Positions 49,991 to 59,803 of a DNA stretch of 64,000 nucleotides are shown here, piece by piece. The notes beneath the pieces are model-generated. The model was given only the letters and a program-made list of their open reading frames with translations, was not told the DNA's origin and searched no databases. Within the stretch, counting starts at the first letter, position 1. Each line of letters opens with the position of its first letter. The position numbers and the translations under genes are program-made. This DNA comes from an uncultured virus (IMG/VR IMGVR_UViG_3300001592_001590) (lineage: Duplodnaviria > Heunggongvirae > Uroviricota > Caudoviricetes), in the IMG/VR virus record IMGVR_UViG_3300001592_001590; one strand, written 5' to 3'.

Positions 49991-50477
49991 TCAGATGCCC
50001 CACATTTCGACCGTGCCTTCGTCGAAATCGATGCTCACTTTGCGCCCGGATTTGAACCGTTCGCAGGCACCTGCCACACGAATCACGGGAACACTCTCTT
50101 CTCGGCTGACCACCACCAGGTGAGCCAGCTTGGAGCCGGTCTCCACGATGACTGCCTTGGCTTGCATCGCAGCCGGGGCAAATTCAGGGGCGGCTTTGGC
50201 CAACACCAGAATCTTGTCCTTGCTGGCCTCTGCGGGGTCGTGGGTCACTTCCCCCCAGACAACGCTTGCTTTGCCGCGCGCCAGGATGTCGAACGAGCAG
50301 CTCAGCAACTTCCTTTGCAGGTTGTAGAGCTCCTCCATGAACAGTACGTTGCTCCGGAATTTCGTCGTCGTAGGCGTCTTCGGGCTGAAGGCCCGCGCCA
50401 ATCCACGCATCCGAATGCCAGCGGTCGTCGTTGTACATCTTCAGCCCGGAGGGGCATCGCACATCGTAGTCCGGCAT
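49991..50477 (-). CDS. stand-alone PEP-utilising mobile (phosphohistidine swivel) domain protein (frameshift near 50340)
   Basis: AVIVETGSKLAHLVVVSREESVPVI.V.GA...F..G..V.ID. Confidence 0.7.
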
Positions 50478-51482
50478 CAGGTGGTAAGGCCTTGGCTCGG
50501 CCCAGCGCCGCGCAGATGAAGGCGCGGTGAGGCACCTTTAAGCTCCACATTGCGGCCTTCCTTGGCGTCAAACGCCTTGAGCTGCAGCCAGCCATACTCG
50601 GTGTCATGGTCGGCTTGGTGCGCAATCTGGGCGTGCAACACCTCGATGCGCAGGGCGGCGGACCCGGTCTTCTGCTTCGGCTTCGCGTTCGTCTTGCTCG
50701 AGTTGGGCCTGGATGTCTGCGGCACTGCGCTCGGGCGTGAGGGTCACCGGTTCGGCCGGCGTCTGGGGCTCGTCGTCCTGCTCTTCCTCAGAGGGGAAAA
50801 ACTCTTCGGACAGGTCGACCAGCGCTTGCGCGGCATACGCGGCTCGCGCCACATCTGCGGCGCTGGTGGGCAGCTGGTACCACAAGGGCACGTCCTGTCG
50901 CACCTCCTCGAACATCACAGACTGGTGCAGCGCCGGTGTCAGGCGAACGTTGACACACAGGTCGCGGTCGCGCCGGCGGGCGTAGTAGGCCGGCCGGTAC
51001 TTAAGCTCGTTTTCGTAGTTGCTCCAGGGGTTGAAGCCCGGCACGCCACTGCTTTCGCTCAGGCGGTCCATGGCTTTATGCCACAGGGCGTTGTCCAGCA
51101 TGTCTTCATCTTCGTGCGCGACGATACGTCGGGCCAGATGCCAGTCTTCGCGGCGCAGGCTGCTCACAAACCCATAGGGGCGGAACACGCGGCCCTCGAA
51201 AGCGAAGCAGTAGCGGAACTGCCAGTCCAGCCAACCCTTGACTTCCGCTTCGCGGTTGTCGTCTTCGAGTTGGAGGTCGTTGACCCCGGTGAGCTGCTTC
51301 TTACCCTGCACGATGTCCATCGCGATTTGCGCGTCCATGCCGTGCAGGTTTTCCATCAGGAAGTTGAAGGCTTTGCGCCAGTTGCCTTCCTGCACGAAAT
51401 TGCGTGCCAGTCCCGTCAGGAACTCGCCTTCGATTTGAAAGTGCATGACGTGAGTGGTTTCAGTTTGTTCTGCGGTTTCCAT
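50477..51482 (-). CDS. hypothetical protein (frameshift near 50650)
   Basis: 292-aa acidic ORF continuing into frame 50477-50725, translationally coupled to the next gene. Confidence 0.6.
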
Positions 51483-51582
51483 GGTGTATTTCTTTTTAAT
51501 GACCTACTGCGTTTAGCTACTGGCGCGCGCCGCTAAAACCGACTGTTGGCTATACGCACAAACCTTTTGGAGGACACTGCCC

Positions 51583-51723
51583 ATGGCCCATGACAACGAC
51601 CGCACGGTTCGTCTTTGGAAAGACGGCCGTCTCAAGGAACTCTCCCGCTCCACGTTTCCCGACGCCGATGCCTTCCAGGAAGCCCTGGACTTTTGGGCGG
51701 GCGAGGGCTGGGACGAACGCTGA
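51583..51723 (+). CDS. 46-aa small protein (not in ORF track)
   Basis: GCTATAC motif, GGAGG RBS, MAHDNDRTVRLWKDGRLKELSRSTFPDADAFQEALDFWAGEGWDER*. Confidence 0.6.
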   Translation: MAHDNDRTVRLWKDGRLKELSRSTFPDADAFQEALDFWAGEGWDER

Positions 51724-51890
51724 CCGCCTTAACCACGCATTTGCGCGCTTTTCAACGCCTTCCCGTTCGCAAGACCGGAAGGCGTTTTTCGCGCCAATAA
51801 AAGACGTCCCCAAGCCAGGCTTGAGGACGTCAGAAGGGGTATGCTCCCAGAGGGAAGGGGGAGCGAAGTGGCCTCAAGGAGCGCAGTCGG

Positions 51891-52694
51891 TCAGACCGAG
51901 CCCACCTTCATCAGTGCTTCCAGGGCCGCGCGTTTTTGAGCAGGCTCTTGCCGGGTAGTCAGCATTTCTTCGTATTGCGCTTGAGCGGCCGCGCGCATTT
52001 TTTTGTAGGCGCTTTGTCGTTGGGCTTCCGCCGTATCCAGCTTTGTGCGCAGTGACTCAACAGCAGCTTCTGCCTGGGCCAGTTCTTCCTGCAAGTCCCG
52101 GTAGGTCGAGCTTTCGGCGAACAAAGTCTCTTCGGCTTCTACCTGCAGGGCTTGCTCGTGCAGCCGTTCTTCCCGGCGTGCGTTCACGATGGCGTCTCGC
52201 GTGGCTTTGAGCCCAGGCAGCTTGTCAAACTCCAGCGTGACGCTGTAATTCATGGCCGACTTGGCCTTGGGCCCCGCATCCGCGGGCAAAGACACGCCGT
52301 TGCCCGAACCCATGCGAACCCCGGGCAGCATTTCCAGCGCGCGAGGCCCGTCTGTGCCGAAACGGCTGTCTTGCCGAATCACCAGCACGTGAAGCTGCAT
52401 GGAGGTGGAGGCCAACCCCACGGTGGAGCAGCCTTGTAGCCGGTATTCCACGCTGCCGATGTCGGGCTGGGCTTGAACGCCCAGTGCCGTGATTTCATTG
52501 GCCAAAGCCAGGAGCTCAGGAACACTGGCGGCATGCGCCGCTTTGGCCACCAGCGCAGCTTGGGCCGCGCGGGCTTCCACCCGCCGCTGCTCAGCCTGGG
52601 CCTTGAGCTTCAGGGACCGGCGGTGGGCCTTGTACTTTTCCTCGTCCTCGAACAGCTGACCCGTGGTCTCGCATTTGTAAACAGTGACTTTCAT
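51891..52694 (-). CDS. coiled-coil hypothetical protein
   Basis: YKCETTGQLFED start, long Ala/Glu-rich helices, AAGGA RBS. Confidence 0.65.
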   Translation of the reverse strand: MKVTVYKCETTGQLFEDEEKYKAHRRSLKLKAQAEQRRVEARAAQAALVAKAAHAASVPELLALANEITALGVQAQPDIGSVEYRLQGCSTVGLASTSMQLHVLVIRQDSRFGTDGPRALEMLPGVRMGSGNGVSLPADAGPKAKSAMNYSVTLEFDKLPGLKATRDAIVNARREERLHEQALQVEAEETLFAESSTYRDLQEELAQAEAAVESLRTKLDTAEAQRQSAYKKMRAAAQAQYEEMLTTRQEPAQKRAALEALMKVGSV

Positions 52695-52833
52695 GAGATG
52701 TCCTTTCGAATATCAAGTTTAGAAACCAAGTCCGCCAATACCGATTGACCGCTTACAACAGATTCTAGTAGAATTAGTAAAATCTACTTACAGGCTATCT
52801 ACACAGCCTGTCTTTTAACTTATTCGCTTTTTC

Positions 52834-54897
52834 ATGCACAACAGCCTCATCGCATTGGCTTTGGCCTCGCTTGCGGTACTGCCCGCGGCACATGCCCAAA
52901 CCACCGCACAAGCGGACCCCACCACCCATCGCCTGGTGGTCACGCTCAAGCCCCAAGCCAAAGCCAGCGCCAGCACCCTCAAGCTCACCGCAGCGGTGTC
53001 GGGTCCGACGACCAAAGTGTTGACGCCCCTGCATTCCCTGGCCAGCGGCGCCGTGGTGTACGACATGGGGGCATCGGTGAGTCTTCAGCAAGCCCAAGAC
53101 ATTGCGCGGCGCATCCAGTCGGACCCCGCCGTGCAAAGCGCCGAGCCGGACGTGCGCGTGCGCCGCCTGTTCACCCCCCAAGACCCGTACTTCTATTCCC
53201 AGTGGGGACTGTTCACGTCCAGCACGGAACCCGGCCCTCAAGGCGCGATGAACGCCATTGCGTTGTGGCGGCGCACGCTGGGGTCTAACACCAAGGTGGC
53301 AGTGCTTGATACGGGCCTGGTGCAGCACCCCGAATTGGTGGGACGCATCATCCCTGGCTATGACTTCATCAGCGATGCCAAGACGGCGGGGGATGGCAAT
53401 GGGCGCGACAGCGACCCCACCGACACCGGGGACTTCTGCACAGACGACAAGGGCAACGTGACCGAGACCAGTTCTTGGCACGGCACCATGGTCGCGGGCA
53501 TCATCGGCGCAGCCTCAGACACGCAAAGCATCACGGGCGTGGCCCCCCAATCCAAGCTGCTCAACGTACGGGTGCTCGGTCGCTGTGGCGGCTGGCTCTC
53601 AGACGTGGCCGATGCCGTTCGTTGGACCGCAGGGCTGGAGGTACCGGGCGTGCCTACCTCCACCCACGGTCCTTTGGTGATGAACCTGAGCCTGGCCACC
53701 GACCCGGGCCTGGGCTGTCCTTCCTACATGCAGTCCGCTATCACCGCCGCGGTTGAAGCCGGCTCCATCGTGGTGGCTGCCGCAGGAAATGATGGCAAGA
53801 ATGGCCTGGGTGCTCCCGCCAGTTGCGAAAACGTCGTGGCCGTGGCCGCGCACACGGGCAACGCAGACCTGGCGGCGTACTCCAACTACGCCCCGGGCGT
53901 CGTGGTCTCGGGCCCCGCCGGAGGGACCTGCCGCAAGGACGTGGCCAAGTGCTTCAGCTACCCTGCGGCCACCATCGGGGTGACGGGTCGCACCGAGTTT
54001 GAGAGCTACTCTGGCGCCGTCTACATGGCGGGCACCAGTGCGGCCTCTCCATTTGTTGCAGCCGTCCTGGGGATGCTGCGCGAGCTGCGCCCAACGCTGA
54101 CCTCCGACCAAGCCATTTCCCTGCTGCGCAACGCAAGCCGTCCTTTCCCGGGCTCCAGCTTCTGCTTTGAGAACGCCCAGTGCGGGTTCGGCATGCTCGA
54201 CGCGGAAATGCTGCTGGGTGCGATGGAGGCCGAATACATCCCCACGGTGGCGCTTGCCTCTAACCGTGTCAAGGCACTCAAAGGTGAGTCCGTGCGGCTG
54301 ACCGCCACCGCCAGCTCCAAGGTGCAAGGCACCAGCTTCACCTACGCCTGGGCTCAAAAGTCCGGTCCTTCTGTAACCCTGAGCGGCTCGGGTTCCTCCG
54401 TCTCGTTCGTCTCTCCCGACGCCAAAGGCTCGGTGGTGGTGGAAGTGCAGGTCACGGACGGCACCGGTCGCACGGCCAGGGCACAGACCAGTGTGGCTGT
54501 GACCAATGGCCAAGCCCCCAAAGTCCAGCGTGTGACCGCACAAGCTGCCGCAGCAGGCGAGCCCTGGAGCCTCACCCCCTCGGTTACCGACGCAGACAAC
54601 GACTTTGACCGCCTGGTTCTCGTGCAGGGCCCCCCTGAGATGGTGGTCTCGAGCACCAAACTTGAATGGCCCGCTGCGGTCAAGGGCAGCTACGACGTCC
54701 GCTTCGTCGCCGTGGACAAGGAGGGGCTGGAAAGCCCCGAGCAGGCGTTCACCTTGACGGTTGCGGCCAGTGCCGACGGCACCGACCCCAACAACGGCGA
54801 TGACGGCGGCGGCGCCATGGGTGGCCTGGGCTTGCTGATGCTGGCCGCTGCGTTTGCCCTCAAGCGCTGGGCCCGCCAGGCGGCTCCCCAGGCGTAA
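52834..54897 (+). CDS. S8 subtilisin-like serine protease with PKD/Ig-like domains and GlyGly-CTERM anchor
   Basis: Signal peptide; catalytic VAVLDTG, HGTMVAG, GTSAASP; C-terminal GGGAMGGLGLLMLAAAFALKRWAR. Confidence 0.92.
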   Translation: MHNSLIALALASLAVLPAAHAQTTAQADPTTHRLVVTLKPQAKASASTLKLTAAVSGPTTKVLTPLHSLASGAVVYDMGASVSLQQAQDIARRIQSDPAVQSAEPDVRVRRLFTPQDPYFYSQWGLFTSSTEPGPQGAMNAIALWRRTLGSNTKVAVLDTGLVQHPELVGRIIPGYDFISDAKTAGDGNGRDSDPTDTGDFCTDDKGNVTETSSWHGTMVAGIIGAASDTQSITGVAPQSKLLNVRVLGRCGGWLSDVADAVRWTAGLEVPGVPTSTHGPLVMNLSLATDPGLGCPSYMQSAITAAVEAGSIVVAAAGNDGKNGLGAPASCENVVAVAAHTGNADLAAYSNYAPGVVVSGPAGGTCRKDVAKCFSYPAATIGVTGRTEFESYSGAVYMAGTSAASPFVAAVLGMLRELRPTLTSDQAISLLRNASRPFPGSSFCFENAQCGFGMLDAEMLLGAMEAEYIPTVALASNRVKALKGESVRLTATASSKVQGTSFTYAWAQKSGPSVTLSGSGSSVSFVSPDAKGSVVVEVQVTDGTGRTARAQTSVAVTNGQAPKVQRVTAQAAAAGEPWSLTPSVTDADNDFDRLVLVQGPPEMVVSSTKLEWPAAVKGSYDVRFVAVDKEGLESPEQAFTLTVAASADGTDPNNGDDGGGAMGGLGLLMLAAAFALKRWARQAAPQA

Positions 54898-54903
54898 GCG
54901 GGC

Positions 54904-55524
54904 ATGCAAGGCACCTGCGTCAACATTGCCTCGCGTCTGATTCTGGCAGGGGGTCCTTGGGGGCTCCTGTTGGTTCATCTGGTGGGGCTGGGTTCAACTG
55001 AATCCGCCGTGTTGTGGCTGGACGCCCACGTTTGGCACGAGGGCCAAGTGTGGCGGCTGTGGTCCCACGTTTTTGTTCACCGCGACCTCTGGCATCTGGG
55101 CGTGAACGGGCTGGGGTTGGCTGCCTTGTTGGGCCTGTGGCCCCAGCTGCGCCACCGCTGGGGCGTCTGGCTCGCGCTGTGGCTGGCGTACGGCCTGCTC
55201 ACTTCATTTCACCGCGGGGGGGTGGTTTTTGGGCTGTCCGGTGTGTTGCATGCGGCCTTTGCCTACGCCGCCTGGTCCTGGCCCTTTTCCCCAATTCACC
55301 CGGGCCGGCAACGCACGTTGTTGTTGGCGGGGCTGGGCTTGAAGCTCACGGCTGAGGCGCTGGGTTGGCTGGACATGGGCGGCATCGCCTGGCGGTTGCA
55401 CATCATCGGTGCAATGGCCGGCAGCGGGCTTGCCTTGGTGCATCTCGGCGTCCGTGACCTTGCTCTGCCCAGAGCAAGGCCTGAGGGCCGCTCAATACTG
55501 TCCTCCGGTAAGGCCTCTCGGTAG
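54904..55524 (+). CDS. rhombosortase (rhomboid-family intramembrane protease)
   Basis: GQVWRLWSHVFVH...HL..N, GLSGVLH (catalytic Ser), H..GA.AG. Directly follows a GlyGly-CTERM gene. Confidence 0.85.
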   Translation: MQGTCVNIASRLILAGGPWGLLLVHLVGLGSTESAVLWLDAHVWHEGQVWRLWSHVFVHRDLWHLGVNGLGLAALLGLWPQLRHRWGVWLALWLAYGLLTSFHRGGVVFGLSGVLHAAFAYAAWSWPFSPIHPGRQRTLLLAGLGLKLTAEALGWLDMGGIAWRLHIIGAMAGSGLALVHLGVRDLALPRARPEGRSILSSGKASR

Positions 55525-55543
55525 CGGGCCCCTTCTAGAAGAC

Positions 55544-55570
55544 AAAAAAAAGCGCCCTAAGGGCGCTTTT
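55544..55570. terminator. bidirectional intrinsic terminator
   Basis: AAAAGCGCCC-TAA-GGGCGCTTTT. Confidence 0.75.
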
Positions 55571-55579
55571 GAAGAAGGG

Positions 55580-56857
55580 TCAGAGGCGCAGCTCGAACAC
55601 GCTGTCACCGTTGCTGTCCTCGATGTGGACCTGTTCCGTGGCCGATTCGTCCAACATGAACTTCGCCACTCGCCAGGCTTTGGCGAAGGAGTCCATGGTG
55701 TCGTACTCGCCTCCATCGACAAACACGGTAAAGGGTCCGTCTTCATCGTCGTCCAGCGGCTCGGCTTCCACTTGCGCAGAGCACGAGGCCGCGTTCAGTC
55801 GCTCATCCCACAAGGCTTCCCGCACCAGGTTGCAGGCTTGGGCTTCGGTGGGAGCGACACAAACTTGCTCGCCCAACGGAGAACAGGAGCCGTCTTCCGC
55901 GCGGATGTTCACGGTGACTCGGAAGCGGCGGGGGGCCTTGAGCGCCTTGCCGTCATCCTCATCCTTTGCTTGCCGGACTGCTTGCGCTTCCTGGGGAATG
56001 ACCGGTGAGGGCTGGGCCACAGGATTGCGTGCAGGAGCGTCTGCCCCGAATTCGGTTTCAACGAAAAACCGCCAGCTTGTCTCCTGCGCGCCCACAAAGC
56101 ACTTGTGCTCCGGGCTCCACTGCAAGGCGTTGAGCTCTTCGACAGTCACCGTTTCTTCCCAGACCAGCCCGTCTTCTTCATAATGAAGTTGCAGGGCCAC
56201 CTCGTCCGCCCATTCATCGTAGTCCGAGGCTTGCGTCCGGCCCACATAGGCCAGGGCAGCTTCTTCGCGCCACTCGATGCGGTAGCACCGTCCGTCGAGA
56301 ACCACGGCGTGGGCCTTGAAAAAGTCCAAGTCCGTGATGAGAGGCAAAGGAGCCGGTGGCACCTTGGCTTGCGTCGGCGCGGGCACTGCCCTTGTCTTTC
56401 CGCGACGCACCTGGGCAGGTTGGCCCCTCACCAGCGCGCCGATGATGGCGCCCATCACAAGCTGGGGGTCTTCTTGCCACTCTTCATGCGTCCAGTAGGC
56501 CAACTCGCGACCCAAGGGGTCGCAGACTCGCACATAGGTCAAGAGCTCGTCGTCGGTGTCGTAGCGCAACTCAAAGCCGGTGTGCGCAATGAGCGCGGCC
56601 TCGTTGTCGTACTGCGTTCCCGCGCTGTCCCGGGCATGGGCCCTTTCGCCACTGTTCAGCTGTTGGTCCCAACCCGATTCCTCGAGTTGGCACTTCCAGC
56701 TGTTCCAGTCCGCAAACCCTTGCATCCGGGCCAGTGTGTCGAGAGCTTGGCCGTGGCACAGCGTGAGACTTTGAGTCGTCAGCGCTTTTTCAAGGCTGCG
56801 GGCCAGCTTGGTTGCTTGGCGGGTATTGAATGCAAAAAACATAGCTGATTCCTTCAT
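55580..56857 (-). CDS. protein with N-terminal Glyoxalase_8-like helical domain
   Basis: ATKLARSLEKAL....LTLCHGQALDTLARMQGFADWN; YVRVCDPLGRELAYW..EEW.EDP..VMGAI. Start 56857 or 56842. Confidence 0.7.
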   Translation of the reverse strand: MKESAMFFAFNTRQATKLARSLEKALTTQSLTLCHGQALDTLARMQGFADWNSWKCQLEESGWDQQLNSGERAHARDSAGTQYDNEAALIAHTGFELRYDTDDELLTYVRVCDPLGRELAYWTHEEWQEDPQLVMGAIIGALVRGQPAQVRRGKTRAVPAPTQAKVPPAPLPLITDLDFFKAHAVVLDGRCYRIEWREEAALAYVGRTQASDYDEWADEVALQLHYEEDGLVWEETVTVEELNALQWSPEHKCFVGAQETSWRFFVETEFGADAPARNPVAQPSPVIPQEAQAVRQAKDEDDGKALKAPRRFRVTVNIRAEDGSCSPLGEQVCVAPTEAQACNLVREALWDERLNAASCSAQVEAEPLDDDEDGPFTVFVDGGEYDTMDSFAKAWRVAKFMLDESATEQVHIEDSNGDSVFELRL

Positions 56858-57257
56858 GGTGTTCGCACGGGGCGAAACACGTTCAGTTCGTGTGAGTTGC
56901 CTGCGTTACTCGGTTCGCCTCGTGCAAAGACAAGGGTTTCAGCCGAGAGGGTTTCCTAAATTGCTGCTTAATTCACCATCGTGCAAAGCACGGCAGGCGG
57001 CAGGCGGCAGCGCAGCGCCTTGGCAATAGGTGTAGCGAACGCGCCCGGGCGCGGCGCAGCGGGGGAGCACAGGCGATGCGATGCTGGAAATAAAAAACCG
57101 CTGCCTAAAAAGACAGCGGTAATCAAAGGGTGGGCGTTATTCGGCGCTCAGCGCGCACGTCACTTGCAAAAGCACGTCGCCGGCAAGCTCACAGTCGAAA
57201 TCAGCGATACAGGCGCCCACGGGGCGGAACTCACAATGTTGCAGCGCCACCTCGAAG

Positions 57258-57515
57258 TCAAACGCCGTGGCCTGGATGTGGCCAACGATGGCGGATTGAC
57301 CGCGGGTGACCGTCGTCCAGGGGAACCCGGACCGTGAAGGTCACCGGTCCGTCGTCGCTGTTCAGGTACGGGGCGCAGTATTCCTTCGTCAGCTTGCGAG
57401 GAATGCAGTAGGGGATGTGCTCGCGGCCTTCGTAGCGGCAGATGTAGCGGCGGTCGCCTTTGAGCGACTGCAGGGTAAAGAAGCCGATGTCGTTGGGCGG
57501 CAGGTAGGGTGTCAT
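57258..57515 (-). CDS. hypothetical protein
   Basis: MTPYLPPNDIGF.., CCTACAC motif upstream. 3' end uncertain. Confidence 0.5.
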   Translation of the reverse strand: MTPYLPPNDIGFFTLQSLKGDRRYICRYEGREHIPYCIPRKLTKEYCAPYLNSDDGPVTFTVRVPLDDGHPRSIRHRWPHPGHGV

Positions 57516-57673
57516 CTTGTGGCCTTGTGGAAAAAATGGTTCTCTCCTGTGTAGGCACACTCGCTCGTTGCCCCGGGATGGAGCGCAGCCCTTTGGCATG
57601 CCTGTCGTGCAGACAGTCCAAAAGAAAAGGTCGCTCACAAGAGCGACCTTTGAATGAGATGTGAGAATCTCTT

Positions 57674-57979
57674 TTAGCGACGGCCCAAGGAAGGGATGCC
57701 ACCAGAAAAAACGCGAACAGTGCGTGCGAAACGCGCTGCGTGCTCCTTCAGGTCTTTCACGTCCTCCCGGGCGAGGATGCGATTGACCAGACGCTCTTTT
57801 TCTTCGAAAGGAACCGAGTCAAAGCGGGAACGTTGACGGGCATGCTGTCGACGAACAGCGGCTTTCTCGATGCGCGCGATAGCTGCCTGAGCGTTGCGCT
57901 GGAGTTGAGCTTGACGCTCGCTCTCCAGGTAAGCTTCGTATTCGGCAGGGTTGCGAAAAACACGGATGAAGTCGCTCAT
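57674..57979 (-). CDS. basic hypothetical protein
   Basis: Ends VRVFSGGIPSLGRR. CCTACAC motif upstream. Confidence 0.6.
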   Translation of the reverse strand: MSDFIRVFRNPAEYEAYLESERQAQLQRNAQAAIARIEKAAVRRQHARQRSRFDSVPFEEKERLVNRILAREDVKDLKEHAARFARTVRVFSGGIPSLGRR

Positions 57980-58111
57980 GATGACCTATCTAAAGAAGTT
58001 AAACCTTCTCCGTGTAGGCACCAAGATATAAAAGAGGGCCTGTCCGTCCGGCTATCGCGACCCCGTAACAGAAAAAAAACCGCAAGTTTTGAGACTTGCG
58101 GAGGGGTTCAA

Positions 58112-58555
58112 TCACAGTAGGTGGATGAGCCTTTTGTAGTGAGCCCATTGCAGCCCGTCCTCAAAGTGCGTGAGCACCAGGTGAGGCTGCTGAGGCGCCA
58201 AATAGTCGTCGTGGTCGTCCACGATGGCGTACTTCTCGACGTTGCCATGGCGCTCCAGCCAGGCAAGCACTTCGTGACCGCGGCTGTGGTCAGCCAGCGT
58301 GGGGGTGACGTCCAGGATGTCCAGCTCGAGCATCTCCTGAAGCTCTTGCCGGGTATGGCGTTCCCGCCAGCTGCTGCAAATCACCACCCGGGCCCCGGTC
58401 TCGAAACACAGCTTGCGCACCAGCCCGAGGGCAACAGCGTCAAGCTTGCTTGGGTCCGTGGGGTGTTGGGGGTCGACCGGGCCACCCTGGGCCACACAAC
58501 TGCGGGTGCTCAGGAGCACCCCGTCGATGTCCAGAAACAGAACTTTGATGCCCAT
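58112..58555 (-). CDS. HAD phosphatase, Swiss-Army-Knife RNA-repair-like (HAD_SAK_2)
   Basis: VLFLDIDGVL, VVICSSWR, RG.EV..WL, YAIVDD, L.T...GL. Confidence 0.85.
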   Translation of the reverse strand: MGIKVLFLDIDGVLLSTRSCVAQGGPVDPQHPTDPSKLDAVALGLVRKLCFETGARVVICSSWRERHTRQELQEMLELDILDVTPTLADHSRGHEVLAWLERHGNVEKYAIVDDHDDYLAPQQPHLVLTHFEDGLQWAHYKRLIHLL

Positions 58556-58563
58556 GCTGGGGC

Positions 58564-58932
58564 TCAGCTCTCGTACGGCTCGTCGGTTCGCAGCGCGTCA
58601 AGGTAGTCGTCCTGCGCGCGTTGGCCTTCGTTGCACGCAACAACGTAGCGGCTGCGCGCCTCATCGAGAATCGCTTTGCGCTTCTCATCGAGCAGATTGA
58701 AGGGAAACACCTGGGCGGGCTCCAGCCACTGCGTGCCGGCCACGGTCAAGAGATAGCCTCGCGCATCGGCCTGGGCGGCCTGGAGGTTGGAGTGCACTTC
58801 AGACATCGACTCGTAGAAGTTGATGTTGTAGTACCAGAAGGGGTTCGGGCTGCGCACGTCCACGCAGTCAATGCCTCGTTCAGAGGCCTCAACAGTGAAG
58901 CCGGCTTGTCGCAGTTGTTCGATGGTTCTCAT
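58564..58932 (-). CDS. hypothetical protein
   Basis: AAGGA RBS, CCTAGAC motif. Confidence 0.6.
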   Translation of the reverse strand: MRTIEQLRQAGFTVEASERGIDCVDVRSPNPFWYYNINFYESMSEVHSNLQAAQADARGYLLTVAGTQWLEPAQVFPFNLLDEKRKAILDEARSRYVVACNEGQRAQDDYLDALRTDEPYES

Positions 58933-58986
58933 GGGTTCCTTGATGGTTGATGTGCCTGTCAACGTCTAGGAACCGGCGCCCGCGCG

Positions 58987-59730
58987 CTATTTGAGCAAAA
59001 GCACGGTGCCGGAGAGGCTCACCGCGACTTCCGTCTCCCCCGCCTCGGTGGGTAAAGGGGGCGCTCCCGCGACCATGGCCATGGACTTGACTGCCATAGG
59101 CAGACCCACCCGCGGACTCGCGTTCTCCTGCAGCTGCACGGACTGAACTTCTGCGCGGGAGTAGCCTAGGGCACGCGCCATCGCGTTGGCTTTGGTGCGG
59201 AAGTCGCTGCCCAGCCGGGTGCGCAGCGACTCTTGCACTTCGCGTCGCTTCTGTGGGGACAAAATGAACTCAAGGGACACCAGCTCAAAGCGGTTGGCCA
59301 GTTGCCCGGAGGTGGTCGACACCTTCTCGAACGAGGCCCCCTGAAGCACAATCTCTGCACGCACTTTCCAGCCCTGGGGGCGGCCCTTCTCGTCGTAGAC
59401 CACATTGGTGCTCAAAGCCCCCGCGGAGGGCTCCAGTCCTGCTCCGGCCGCCTTGGCGGCCTGAAGCCCCTCTTGCGTGAGGGTCAGGGTTTGTCGGTTC
59501 AGCGCCCCCAGGTCTTTGCCCGAGCGCTCCACCGCCATGACCACCCGCATCGTGTCCGGGCGGACCGCTTCACGCACTTGTGCGTCCAGGGTCAGGGTCG
59601 GCGCGGGTGCATCGGATGCCGCAGCGGGGGCGCTGGCTTGCACCGCTTGAGCGCTCAGCGAGCAGCTCAGCGCCAGCGTGGCCACGAGCAGGGAGAGGGA
59701 AGAGGGCAGGGATTTCAGAGTGGCAGGCAT
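58987..59730 (-). CDS. SIMPL (DUF541) domain periplasmic protein
   Basis: Signal peptide, V.PD.M, F..KA..MA.ALG, P.EAGE.EV.VSLSG.V. Confidence 0.8.
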   Translation of the reverse strand: MPATLKSLPSSLSLLVATLALSCSLSAQAVQASAPAAASDAPAPTLTLDAQVREAVRPDTMRVVMAVERSGKDLGALNRQTLTLTQEGLQAAKAAGAGLEPSAGALSTNVVYDEKGRPQGWKVRAEIVLQGASFEKVSTTSGQLANRFELVSLEFILSPQKRREVQESLRTRLGSDFRTKANAMARALGYSRAEVQSVQLQENASPRVGLPMAVKSMAMVAGAPPLPTEAGETEVAVSLSGTVLLLK

Positions 59731-59803
59731 AACGGGAAAAGGAGGGAGGTCTGGAGTGCGGGGAATGGCAGGGAACGGCAGGGAAACGGGTTCGTGAAGA
59801 ACG

